A DNA stretch of 64,000 bases from a virus. Below, piece by piece: positions 1 through 8,852 of this stretch. The stretch covers positions 1 through 64,000 of IMG/VR virus record IMGVR_UViG_3300036770_005816. One strand, written 5' to 3'. Positions within the stretch are counted from its first letter, which is position 1; the number at the start of each line of letters is the position of its first letter. Position numbers and translations under genes: made by a program. The notes under the pieces were generated by a model that was not told where the DNA came from, searched no databases, and was given only the letters and a program-made list of their open reading frames with translations.

Positions 1-823
1 TTTTGACGTAGCGTTTTCCAGTGCACCAAACGGTGTAAGAACCAGAAACTGGCGCAATGGAGAATTCTCTGCTTGACTCGTCAAAAGAAATGACGCTGTC
101 GGCTCTATCTTCGTGACCTATCGGTTCACTAGAAGGGCGAACCGCATTGACCCAGTTTGTTCCATCAAACTCAAGAAGTTGACCGTTTTGTGCGGAAGTA
201 ATTACGACATCCGACAAATCATTCAGTGGACCTGTCGGACCCGTTGGACCTGTCGCACCCGTTGGTCCTGTTGGTCCAGTTGCACCCGCAACACCCGTTG
301 CACCCGTAGGACCAACAGGACCCGTCGGACCAGTCGGACCCGCATCTCCGCCAACTTCCACCCAGAACGAGTCATAGTACACGAACATTTTGCCCGTATC
401 CGACTCGTACCAAAGGTCTCCGACTTCAGGTGATGCTGGTGCGCCGTCGCTAACAGTTACCGACGTGCCGCCACCGCCGCCAGTTACCTGCGTCCATGCG
501 CCGCCCGAACGAAAATAGAAAAGATTGTTCGTTGTATCGACGGCGAGTGCGCCATCTGGCAGTGCTGCGCTGGGAGTGCCAGCAACAGCCATCGTGACGA
601 CGCCAGAAATTGCCTTGAGAACATCGTCGGTAGCAAGAGTGTTTGCGCCATCACGATAAAGATTCGTGTCATATACGCCTTCGCCGTCGCTCCACGAAAT
701 GCGACCGCCCGCTTCAATTTTTACGCGACCGTAAACCTCACCATTTACGAAAACCGTGAGCGCATCAGACCCAGCAGACGCCAACTGCTTAATTGTTATG
801 GGGACTGTAAATTTTTGCGCCAC
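1..823 (-). CDS. Tail fibre-like protein with collagen-like repeat (partial, runs off window start)
   Basis: Absent from the ORF track because no stop codon falls inside the window. GTG at 823 with GAGG upstream gives [13 protein letters not shown]...; contains fibre-type motif [27 protein letters not shown], Gly-X-Y run [16 protein letters not shown] and [27 protein letters not shown]. Confidence 0.8.
   Translation of the reverse strand, partial: MAQKFTVPITIKQLASAGSDALTVFVNGEVYGRVKIEAGGRISWSDGEGVYDTNLYRDGANTLATDDVLKAISGVVTMAVAGTPSAALPDGALAVDTTNNLFYFRSGGAWTQVTGGGGGTSVTVSDGAPASPEVGDLWYESDTGKMFVYYDSFWVEVGGDAGPTGPTGPVGPTGATGVAGATGPTGPTGATGPTGPTGPLNDLSDVVITSAQNGQLLEFDGTNWVNAVRPSSEPIGHEDRADSVISFDESSREFSIAPVSGSYTVWCTGKRYVK
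224..346 (-). repeat. Collagen-like 9-nt (Gly-X-Y) coding repeat
   Basis: Tandem ggacc(c/t)gt(c/t)-type units translating to GPT/GAT/GPV triplets on the minus strand. Confidence 0.85.
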
Positions 824-850
824 GACCTCAATCGCTTTCGACTATGTTTT

Positions 851-872
851 GATTGACCCCTCGAGGTCAATC
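851..872. other. Intergenic hairpin GATTGACC-N6-GGTCAATC
   Basis: Perfect 8-bp inverted repeat between the two fibre genes; no U-tract in the direction of transcription. Confidence 0.45.
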
Positions 873-877
873 ATAGA

Positions 878-2191
878 TTAGCCCGTGACGACGATTGTGT
901 AGTCGTTTGCGCTAATCGTTCCGTTTAGGACAACGCTGACCGAGTTGCTGTTTGCACGAATGGTGTCGCCGATGACAGTTGCACCGCTTGACACCTCGTA
1001 CACCTGAATGAGAACATCAGTCGTGTTGAAATTGTGGGTAACGGTCGTCGTGGAGACACCGCCGACGCTTGCTGCGCAACCCTGCTTGGCAACTCTCGCC
1101 AAGGACGGAACGCTCGTCGTGCGACCAGTGGCTTCAGAAGCGGCAGAAGCAAGATTGGTTCTTGCACCAGACTCGGTAGAAGCATTTGTACCACCGTGCT
1201 CGACAGCGACATCCGTTGCCGCCCATGTGCCCGTGGTAATCGTGCCAAGGGTGGTGATGCTCGACTGACCAACATAGGTGGCGGCAATGTCAACCGCATC
1301 ACTAGTAATTGCAGTTCTGTCAGCAACGACGTTGACATTGATTTGGTTGCCGACTTGCGAAAGACCATCACCAGCAATAAACGAACCAGCGCCAGAGAAC
1401 TGCGTCCACGCGATTGCCGTAGAGCCAACGGTGATTGTTCCGTTGGTTGAGATGACAAAGCCCTTGTCGGAGTTGACCGTACCTTCTTCAACGAAGGTGA
1501 ATGTTCCTGGGGAGAGTTCACCAGTGTCGGCAGTGCCGTTTGAATCAGATGCTCTTACTGGCGCGCCACTTGCCTGAACGACATAGATGCCGTTATCTAC
1601 ATGCGCGACACCAGGACCGCCTTGGTCTTTGACCAAGATTCTGTCGCCGGCAACAAGTGTGACGCCATCGAGTTCATCTCCAGCCTCGAGGTCGGCAGCA
1701 AGATTTACCGAGGCAGTGGTAGCAGCGCGAACTGACTGCTTGACATCGAGACCTTGACGGGCAGCATCGACATAGCCCTTGGTCGCGATGTGTGCGGCAT
1801 CGGTCGGGGTCGCAACTTTTGCGTTTCCGTTTGCATCGCGCTTGACTAGTTTGCTCGCAGTCGCATCAGCGGTCGCATCATTGAGCATGTTCCAGAAGGT
1901 GCTGGAGAGAAGACCTGCACTGTCAGTATCGGCAAGGTTGAGCGTGAGGGTAATTTGACCGTTGGACTCACCAATTGTGAGCGCATCCGTATAGGAGCCG
2001 CCAGCAACGACGCTGTGCAGCATTTTTCTCCACGCAGAACCAGACCAAACCTTGATGGTGTCTTCGGTCGAGTTGTAGATGAGGCGACCCTCAAAATTGC
2101 CAACGCTCGGGTCGGTAGCAAGAACCTCAAAGGTGGCATTAACCAGTTGATTCTGATTGAGGTCAATATTTGTGAGGAACTTTTGCGCCAT
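878..2191 (-). CDS. Tail fibre / structural protein
   Basis: 437 aa; ATKGYVDAARQGLDVKQSVRAATT, DGVTLVAGDRILVKDQ and NGIYVV motifs typical of phage fibre/adaptor proteins; lies downstream of baseplate genes. Confidence 0.75.
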   Translation of the reverse strand: MAQKFLTNIDLNQNQLVNATFEVLATDPSVGNFEGRLIYNSTEDTIKVWSGSAWRKMLHSVVAGGSYTDALTIGESNGQITLTLNLADTDSAGLLSSTFWNMLNDATADATASKLVKRDANGNAKVATPTDAAHIATKGYVDAARQGLDVKQSVRAATTASVNLAADLEAGDELDGVTLVAGDRILVKDQGGPGVAHVDNGIYVVQASGAPVRASDSNGTADTGELSPGTFTFVEEGTVNSDKGFVISTNGTITVGSTAIAWTQFSGAGSFIAGDGLSQVGNQINVNVVADRTAITSDAVDIAATYVGQSSITTLGTITTGTWAATDVAVEHGGTNASTESGARTNLASAASEATGRTTSVPSLARVAKQGCAASVGGVSTTTVTHNFNTTDVLIQVYEVSSGATVIGDTIRANSNSVSVVLNGTISANDYTIVVTG

Positions 2192-2201
2192 TAGTCCTGC
2201 C

Positions 2202-2549
2202 TTATGTCAAATACGCGTAGCCACTGAAAGGTGCCGAGAAAATTACCCGAACCTGTGTGTCACTATCATACACTATTTCGCCGTAAACCTTAGTAAGACT
2301 TGAATCCACAACGGTAACAGAAGGCTTCCCACCAAGTGCGTGAGTAATTGTCCATGTAGAACTTGCCGTGTTTTGGGTATGCACATGGCGGTCATTGAGA
2401 ACTGCCTCGTCCACCGTAAAAGAAGTAAGGGCAGTGAAAAACGGTGTGTCTGGCCACCCTTCAGCAGTTTTAGGTCCGTAAAAGTCACCCGTGACCACAT
2501 CGATGTAAATATCTCCGATGTTTCCGTAGTTTGACGGGATGCTGGGCAT
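2202..2549 (-). CDS. Small tail/fibre accessory protein
   Basis: GNIGDIYIDVVTGDFYGPK and HTQNTASSTWTITHALGGKPSVTVVD motifs; translationally coupled to neighbours. Confidence 0.65.
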   Translation of the reverse strand: MPSIPSNYGNIGDIYIDVVTGDFYGPKTAEGWPDTPFFTALTSFTVDEAVLNDRHVHTQNTASSTWTITHALGGKPSVTVVDSSLTKVYGEIVYDSDTQVRVIFSAPFSGYAYLT

Positions 2550-2734
2550 TAAATCTCTACCTCAATCTCCCAAGGAACACCATTCCCATAAATTAGCGAC
2601 TGCCTGTCAATCAAACCTGGAATCGTGATACGCACAACATTTGGCTGTTCTTCCACGATTTGAACAATATTTCTTTGGTCTTCAAGAACGGCATTGAAGT
2701 CCGCATTGTTGATGGTGACTGGTACGGTCGGCAT
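2549..2734 (-). CDS. Hypothetical protein
   Basis: 61 aa; TAATG overlaps at both ends. Confidence 0.6.
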   Translation of the reverse strand: MPTVPVTINNADFNAVLEDQRNIVQIVEEQPNVVRITIPGLIDRQSLIYGNGVPWEIEVEI

Positions 2735-3087
2735 TAGCGAGTCACTTCTTTCTCTAGACGGAATTCGCCTCGAAGAACCTTAAAAACTTGACCTGTTGAA
2801 GTTTTAACTATCTCAAGGTCGTAGTATCCGCCGCGAGACAGGGCTGCAGTTTCCGTGGGTGTGAGCCGTATGTCTATTATGCCCAACGTTGGGGATATCG
2901 TGATGCGTCCGTTGGAGGTGGAAAGTTCAATAAGCGGAGAGCCAGTGGACTCCACCTCGCGCCGAACCTGCATTCTTGCCGTGTAACCAGTGAGATTGTA
3001 TGGGGTGCCGTCAGAATCCTGAAGTTCAAGGCTGCGCTCAAACGTCGACCCTTGGTCGCACACCATGTTGTATCTACCAGCGAGCAT
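2734..3087 (-). CDS. Tail/baseplate accessory protein (BppU-N/LtfC-like)
   Basis: DQGSTF...YNLTGYTARMQVR...YYDLEI...VLRGEF pattern; GAGG RBS upstream. Confidence 0.7.
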   Translation of the reverse strand: MLAGRYNMVCDQGSTFERSLELQDSDGTPYNLTGYTARMQVRREVESTGSPLIELSTSNGRITISPTLGIIDIRLTPTETAALSRGGYYDLEIVKTSTGQVFKVLRGEFRLEKEVTR

Positions 3088-3106
3088 TTAGACACCTCAT
3101 AAAAGA

Positions 3107-3126
3107 CTGATTTTATTATAAATCAG
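3107..3126 (-). promoter_or_regulatory. TATAAT -10 element inside a CTGATTT/AAATCAG palindrome
   Basis: Minus strand reads ctgattTATAATaaaatcag, about 25 nt upstream of the 3087 start. Confidence 0.4.
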
Positions 3127-3148
3127 CAGGCGTCTTTTCGCCGTCAGA

Positions 3149-3400
3149 TTACTTCTTCTTCTTTTTGGAATGCTCCTCAGCAACAGCGGTCACAACAGAA
3201 AAAATGGCTGTGGTGGTCTTGTCGCCGATTTTCGTGGAAAGCCACGCCATTCCCGCCAAAGCAACAGGGGTAAACAACGCCACCACCTCGGAGCCAAAGC
3301 CCGCCTTGCCTGCCAGATAAGCCAAAGCGCCAATGACGGCACCCTTGACTGCTTGGTCGCTGACGTTTGCCTTAATGTTATTGTCCATTGTTTCCTCCAC
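3149..3400 (-). CDS. Small membrane protein, possible holin
   Basis: Two hydrophobic segments and a KKKKK C-terminus; in the tail region. Confidence 0.5.
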   Translation of the reverse strand: MEETMDNNIKANVSDQAVKGAVIGALAYLAGKAGFGSEVVALFTPVALAGMAWLSTKIGDKTTTAIFSVVTAVAEEHSKKKKK

Positions 3401-3664
3401 CTATTCGGTTTCGTCTGTTTCTTCATTTGCTGTAGGGAAATGCACTTCACCTTCGCTGAGCATCGTGCTCGCCGAGTGAAGCATCCCGTATGCCAACCAC
3501 GGAGTCATCGTGTCCGAGACAGAAAGATGAAGCATCTGTGTCTCTTCGTCGGCAACCTCCGCAATAATTATGTAGTTGGTGACAAGTTTTGAAGGCAAAT
3601 TTTCGCGCATAAATTTCTGCATTTGCTCCATAATCGGCTCGCCGATTTGCTCGTCATCACTCAT
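3401..3664 (-). CDS. Hypothetical protein
   Basis: 87 aa, GGGGAG RBS, acidic. Confidence 0.65.
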   Translation of the reverse strand: MSDDEQIGEPIMEQMQKFMRENLPSKLVTNYIIIAEVADEETQMLHLSVSDTMTPWLAYGMLHSASTMLSEGEVHFPTANEETDETE

Positions 3665-3729
3665 ATGGCTCCCCTCTAGGGATACTTTAAGTTTACACCA
3701 ATTAAGCCCACCCGAAAAGCGAAGTAAAC

Positions 3730-5022
3730 CTATGCCACCAATTCGTGATGTATCACCATACCGAGAGGTCTTGCAGGTTCGATAACTTGCAAAATATAGG
3801 GATTCTCGTCACCGACAATCAAACCCAAAACATCAGAAGCAAACGTTTCCCCAATTTTTGTTTCAAAAGTTATTTCATTTGTCCCAACGGTATATGAAAC
3901 AGTTTTTGTTTCCGAAAGCAACAATTGTATCGCCGAAATCATAGCCGTGATTGTTCCTGCGTTATGACCGTAAAAACCTGTTTCTACTTGCCACCTAAAG
4001 TATCCGTCTGTTCCTCCAGAGAATCCCGACGAAGAAATGGCAGACGAAGCCAAAACATGTGTGCTGTCAAGTTCTGATTCATCAAGAACAAACTCCGTCC
4101 ATTCCTCACCGTTCGTCGATGGCTCGTATGTGACAAGTAGTTCTCTCCCCCTGAAGTGCGATAGCCATTGAAGTGTTTCCAATGTTTCGGCTGTTTCGGC
4201 GCTTATCAGGGTGCTGTATGTGCTTGAGTCATTTGGGTCAAAATCGGATTCACTGTCCAAATATTGTGATGCTTCATACTTGTCTTCAACAGTTCCGGCA
4301 GTTGCAAATGAAACATCAATAAGGCGGGCAAGGGGGAATGAGACAGTATTGTCCAACTCAATAAAATCTTGCGCCAAAAAAACTTCAGGTATTAAACCAA
4401 CTACTTCTCGGGAAAAATTGTTGAGGAATAGGTCGTTAAGCATTGTTATGGTTGGGCGTGCCACATTTGCAATACCAACTTCTGAATCATAAACAATGCG
4501 AACCCGCACACCGATTGAATATCTTTGTGATGCGGGTGAACTAGGTACCGCTAATCGATTTGCGCGAACCAAAACCCATTTTACGGCGTCATCAGCACCA
4601 TAGCGTATTTGGCGCGAGCCGAATTCCCCCTCGATGACATCTGCGGGGTTTGTGGACAGCAGGTATTTATTGGAAACCGCATCATATGAAACTTTGGTAA
4701 TTATTGATTGCACATAAATAGTGCAGTCTTTCGTGGGGCGAATCCACACAAACGACTCAATCCCGTCGTCTGCATCATCGAAGTCTGTTACGGCAAACTG
4801 AGATGGTATATCGTAAGACGGGTCTCCCCAAATATTGAAGTAGACATTTACTTCGGACGCCCCTTCTGCACGCAGGGAGCCGAATTCCGCATCAAGGTAT
4901 ACCGTCGGGTCGCTGTTCAGGGTTTGGTCGCTAGACCAAAGACCTCCAAGCGACGTAACATAAACCGCTTCGTTGAAGCGACGTTCGGACTCATCAATAT
5001 AGTTCCGTATATATACAGTCAT
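3730..5022 (-). CDS. Baseplate wedge / tail protein
   Basis: Directly follows baseplate J; LQWLSHFRG, AGTITAM and ARPLGMVIHH resemble P2 gpI-like wedge proteins; start placed at ATG 5022. Confidence 0.6.
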   Translation of the reverse strand: MTVYIRNYIDESERRFNEAVYVTSLGGLWSSDQTLNSDPTVYLDAEFGSLRAEGASEVNVYFNIWGDPSYDIPSQFAVTDFDDADDGIESFVWIRPTKDCTIYVQSIITKVSYDAVSNKYLLSTNPADVIEGEFGSRQIRYGADDAVKWVLVRANRLAVPSSPASQRYSIGVRVRIVYDSEVGIANVARPTITMLNDLFLNNFSREVVGLIPEVFLAQDFIELDNTVSFPLARLIDVSFATAGTVEDKYEASQYLDSESDFDPNDSSTYSTLISAETAETLETLQWLSHFRGRELLVTYEPSTNGEEWTEFVLDESELDSTHVLASSAISSSGFSGGTDGYFRWQVETGFYGHNAGTITAMISAIQLLLSETKTVSYTVGTNEITFETKIGETFASDVLGLIVGDENPYILQVIEPARPLGMVIHHELVA

Positions 5023-5024
5023 GT

Positions 5025-6206
5025 TTAAGTGCCAGATACAGCAGTGGTCGTGCAATTACCAATAGGTATCACGCCTTTTTCCAATATTGTTACATTGTTG
5101 CCAGATTCGGTGGCAAGCGAAGACGATGCCGCAAGTTCGCTGACACATGTATCGACATACCTAACCCCAGGTACGCGTGATGCGATAGAGGAGAGATATT
5201 TGGAGTCGACTGTTTCTTTCCAGTCCCAACCCGCAACAGACAGATACGCTTCAATAGCATCGGTGACAGCAAGGGCGACTGTTGCGGTTGAATAATTTGG
5301 TTCCGAAACAACATTTATCGTGACATCAACCAAAATGACTTGTGTATCGTGCATATCAACTGAAACACCCGCAACTATTCTTGATTCCAAATCATTTTCT
5401 ATAATGGTTTTTTGGGCAGACGAAATTGCGTTGCCGTCGCTGTCACAAAGCGACACGGTTACGGAACCTGGTGCGTCAGCAGCGCTGAATTCCATATCGG
5501 ATGAATCCGTCAAATCATAAACCTTGAACCGCGCAACAGTCGGATATGCTGTCGAAATATAGTTAGTCATTTGAGAAGCGGTAACCAACGAGGCATTCAA
5601 CGATGCAAGAAAACGAACAGCCCTGTTGAAGTAGTCGGTGTCCGTTTCAGCATCAGTTCCGACGGTCGAAACTGACCCCATGGTTACCGTCAAAATGAAA
5701 GGGCTTGTCGATATGAGGGTCAGGGTCGATGCTGCGGGTATGTCTGGATATTGTGATGGAGTTACCGCTGTCGCGGAAACAGTTCCAGATGTATTCCCTG
5801 AAGCAATTTCCAAATCTTCAGAAGTTTCGTAAAGGTATTGTGTCAATACACCGTCACTATCGAAGACATCGAACGAAACAACTGTTCCTGCCGCAATGGT
5901 CACCCCAGTGTTAATCGTGACCTCGAAAGTAATGTTTGCTTGCGATGGTGTTGCCGAGATGCGGTCAAAACCCATCAAGGAAAGAAGACCTTGCATCAAA
6001 GAGTTTGGCAACCTGTTTATTGCCGTAATGAGAGATTCCGTTTGTACGGAAGAAGCCTCAAGTATCGCATTTTCTGTGGTTCCGGGTCGAGGATTGAATT
6101 CCGGAAATGCAGTTTTAGCGTATTCCACCGATTCGTCATAAATCGTCTGCGCAGTTTTGTCAAATAGCGTCAGGTCTACATATGGTGTGAAGTCGGGTGT
6201 CGCCAT
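5025..6206 (-). CDS. Baseplate J-like protein
   Basis: FPEFNPRPGTTENAILEA, IAAGTVV, GTDAETDTDYFNR and PGSVTV motifs of Baseplate_J. Confidence 0.85.
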   Translation of the reverse strand: MATPDFTPYVDLTLFDKTAQTIYDESVEYAKTAFPEFNPRPGTTENAILEASSVQTESLITAINRLPNSLMQGLLSLMGFDRISATPSQANITFEVTINTGVTIAAGTVVSFDVFDSDGVLTQYLYETSEDLEIASGNTSGTVSATAVTPSQYPDIPAASTLTLISTSPFILTVTMGSVSTVGTDAETDTDYFNRAVRFLASLNASLVTASQMTNYISTAYPTVARFKVYDLTDSSDMEFSAADAPGSVTVSLCDSDGNAISSAQKTIIENDLESRIVAGVSVDMHDTQVILVDVTINVVSEPNYSTATVALAVTDAIEAYLSVAGWDWKETVDSKYLSSIASRVPGVRYVDTCVSELAASSSLATESGNNVTILEKGVIPIGNCTTTAVSGT

Positions 6207-6207
6207 G

Positions 6208-6507
6208 TCAGTTCCTTACCGTGAATTTGATTCCTAAAGAAATATTTCCTTCATCGTTCGCCCTAACAGAAGATACCTCTGTCACGGTTATTTCTTGTAC
6301 GAATTGAGCAGCCTGACGAACATAAGAATCCGCCACGGATTTTGTGTTGAAGGAAGGGTCTTTCACTCCGTACAACTGGCTCATAGGCAATTCCCCGACT
6401 TCTATCTGAAGTGTGTTCGAGAGCAGGGTTGCGTAATATTCGTCGGTTCCTTCGGGAATGGTGGACATTGTTCCGTCGGCTTTAAAAGAAATAGGCAGTT
6501 TCAACAT
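6208..6507 (-). CDS. Baseplate wedge gp25/gpW-like protein
   Basis: 99 aa; GELPMSQLYGVKDPSF motif; located between spike and J genes. Confidence 0.7.
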   Translation of the reverse strand: MLKLPISFKADGTMSTIPEGTDEYYATLLSNTLQIEVGELPMSQLYGVKDPSFNTKSVADSYVRQAAQFVQEITVTEVSSVRANDEGNISLGIKFTVRN

Positions 6508-6921
6508 TTATAGTTTCCCAACTAGGACACCTTGGTCTAAGGAGTCGTTTATCAAGACTACCAAAACACGCTGACCGACAGAGGGCAAATTCAGATTTCC
6601 GTAAACGCCCTGTATGTCCGTTGTGGTGCTCGAAAGCGCTACAGATGTCACAACAGTAACCCCATCTGCTGTCCCCGTCGTGACACTCAAAGTTTGTTTT
6701 ACTGGCGTCTCGACAGACCTAGTAAACAATTCCAAACATTTGTATGGTCCGAGTTCCGCGCCATCGTTAATAGCAGGAATCCGAACAAAAGCAGTATTCG
6801 TGGAAGAGGAAACAGCAGTAACTATCCCGATGTGAATAGAGGAACCACGGCTGTCATTCCTCTGCAAAGAGTCTGCGCGTTGAAAAATGCCCATCCCGTC
6901 ATTCATGTTCACTACCGACAC
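6508..6921 (-). CDS. Baseplate spike (gpV-like OB fold)
   Basis: GIVTAV...VRIP and LPSVGQRVLVVL...GVLVGKL motifs. Confidence 0.65.
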   Translation of the reverse strand: MSVVNMNDGMGIFQRADSLQRNDSRGSSIHIGIVTAVSSSTNTAFVRIPAINDGAELGPYKCLELFTRSVETPVKQTLSVTTGTADGVTVVTSVALSSTTTDIQGVYGNLNLPSVGQRVLVVLINDSLDQGVLVGKL

Positions 6922-6923
6922 AA

Positions 6924-8039
6924 CTAACTCCCACTTCCTGAGATAACGGTTATTTCGTTAATTTTTTCGTTTAACTTTCGCTTATCTGCCGGAGCAAGTT
7001 TATCCACCGTAGCAAAAGAAATCGCAATCGGTTCCGGTTGAGCAAATTGATATTTGACATTCGTAATTATGTACGCGTTATCAAAACCTTCAATAACTTT
7101 GTCACCTTGGATGACATTTTTCCCATCAATAATAACTCTCGGCATCACTGTCATCCCCGCACGCAACCTGTAGGCAGAACCTTCACCTTTGTCATACAGC
7201 GGACCGCCCCAAATCTCCGCAGAACCCTCTGACTCTTTCGGTGAGTCCTCCGAACGCCTAAATGAAGGTGCCTTCAGCAAGAGAAGACGTTTTGTTTCGG
7301 GGTCAATATCGCTGAATGCATTATGAGGGTAAAGAAGTGGAACATAGTAAAGTTGGCGTTTCTCGGTTTTGCCTTGATATGTTTCCACGGAAACACCCTC
7401 AACTGACTCGAAGCCCCATCTGCCGAGCATCCACTGAGGTGAACCGAAGAACAGTTTGTTGTTCGCGACGAAACACATGAACGATATGTCCTGTGCTGCC
7501 CTCAAGAGAACATCCCAAACAGAATCACGGTTATTCTTTTCTTTAATCTTGATTGTTGACTGCTTGATGCCAGGTATTTCCTCTATGTAGGGTTCCAAGC
7601 CGAACTTTGTCGCAACTTTTCTGGCGTATTCAAAACCGGTGGAAGACCTAAACGATTGCGGCGTTTTATCTTCCTTCATTTCCTGTACAGCCTTGTCGCG
7701 CAATTCCAACTTGACAGTCCAATGCTCTCCATCGGATTGGTTGATTTCAATCGTTGAAATACGGAATGTCATCCCATAGCCTTCTGGTTCTGCGGGGTTG
7801 TAGCCCCCCTTGAACAGCACTGGTGTTCCGATTTGAAAATAGTTGTTTTGGTACATCTTCAACCCAACATCAACCAACTCGACAGTTAACTGAGCGCAAC
7901 CGTTCACCGTGTAATCGACGAGAAGGCTTGTAACATTCTGTGCTATTTCAAAAGTTCGACGCTCATTCTCCCAAGGCGTTTCAAACTGTTGTTTTGGAGC
8001 CTTCGTCCAATCTATGAGCAGTACATCGTTGCCTATCAT
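6924..8039 (-). CDS. Baseplate hub (gpD/gp27-like)
   Basis: 371 aa; SVWDVLLRAAQDISFMCF, LRAGMTV and YIITNVKY; located after the tape measure. Confidence 0.65.
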   Translation of the reverse strand: MIGNDVLLIDWTKAPKQQFETPWENERRTFEIAQNVTSLLVDYTVNGCAQLTVELVDVGLKMYQNNYFQIGTPVLFKGGYNPAEPEGYGMTFRISTIEINQSDGEHWTVKLELRDKAVQEMKEDKTPQSFRSSTGFEYARKVATKFGLEPYIEEIPGIKQSTIKIKEKNNRDSVWDVLLRAAQDISFMCFVANNKLFFGSPQWMLGRWGFESVEGVSVETYQGKTEKRQLYYVPLLYPHNAFSDIDPETKRLLLLKAPSFRRSEDSPKESEGSAEIWGGPLYDKGEGSAYRLRAGMTVMPRVIIDGKNVIQGDKVIEGFDNAYIITNVKYQFAQPEPIAISFATVDKLAPADKRKLNEKINEITVISGSGS

Positions 8040-8045
8040 GGTCGC

Positions 8046-8837
8046 CTAGTCGTTGCGCCTAGCCAAAGCATCAATTGCCGCCTGCGCAGCCTTCTGGTTC
8101 TTAACCCAATCGATTCCCAAAGCCGCCAAGTGGTCTTGAATAACCGAAAGGGGAAGACCCTTTTTGTTGATTTTTTCAGGAAAACAAATTTCTGGATGTC
8201 GCCTAGCCCACTTTTTGTTTTTGCAGTTTTTGGGTGGGCGCACCTTCTTCAAAATGGGGATATAAGAAATATTTTGATAAGGATTTCTGTTCTCAATCAA
8301 ACTCAACTGACAATTAGCCTGAGTAATTTGATTCAGGGTATTTCTGCGTGTTGACTCAAATGAAAACTCGACAATACTGAAAAACAATCCTTCGGCATTC
8401 GCCTCGGCAGACATGTTTCTGTAAGCCTGAGGTTGTGTCAGCAACTCATCAAAATTAAGCAACGATACGAGCCTGTTTGAACTAGCCGCGAACCTTCGCA
8501 AAGCCTGCAAATCGTTCTCAATTGAAGTAACAAGACCATCGCCAGGTTTAGCAAGAGTAAATGTCATATTTACGGTCATCAACCTGTGGGATTTGAAAGT
8601 AACTATTGGTGTAGTGCCGGGTCTAGGTATTTGCGCTATCTCATCAGACAAATCTCCATACTGAACACTTATCGGATTGTATGGCAAGTAAAAATCTTCC
8701 GTGTCCTCACCGCCGGTTGGGGACGGGTGAAGACGGATAATCAGCGAGCGCGCAGAGGCAGATTCACCAGCCAACAAAGAAGCGCCAAGTGAAGTATTTT
8801 CGTTGAGACGCAACCACACCGTAACTGTTTTAGCCAT
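8046..8837 (-). CDS. Tail tube initiator-like protein
   Basis: LPYNPISVQY...QIPRPGTTPI motif; first gene after the tape measure. Confidence 0.55.
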   Translation of the reverse strand: MAKTVTVWLRLNENTSLGASLLAGESASARSLIIRLHPSPTGGEDTEDFYLPYNPISVQYGDLSDEIAQIPRPGTTPIVTFKSHRLMTVNMTFTLAKPGDGLVTSIENDLQALRRFAASSNRLVSLLNFDELLTQPQAYRNMSAEANAEGLFFSIVEFSFESTRRNTLNQITQANCQLSLIENRNPYQNISYIPILKKVRPPKNCKNKKWARRHPEICFPEKINKKGLPLSVIQDHLAALGIDWVKNQKAAQAAIDALARRND

Positions 8838-8852
8838 AAAACACCTCAGTCA

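Noticed and set aside
224-346. Short tandem repeats resembling a CRISPR array or VNTR
   Set aside because: 9-nt period with no unique spacers; encodes collagen Gly-X-Y.
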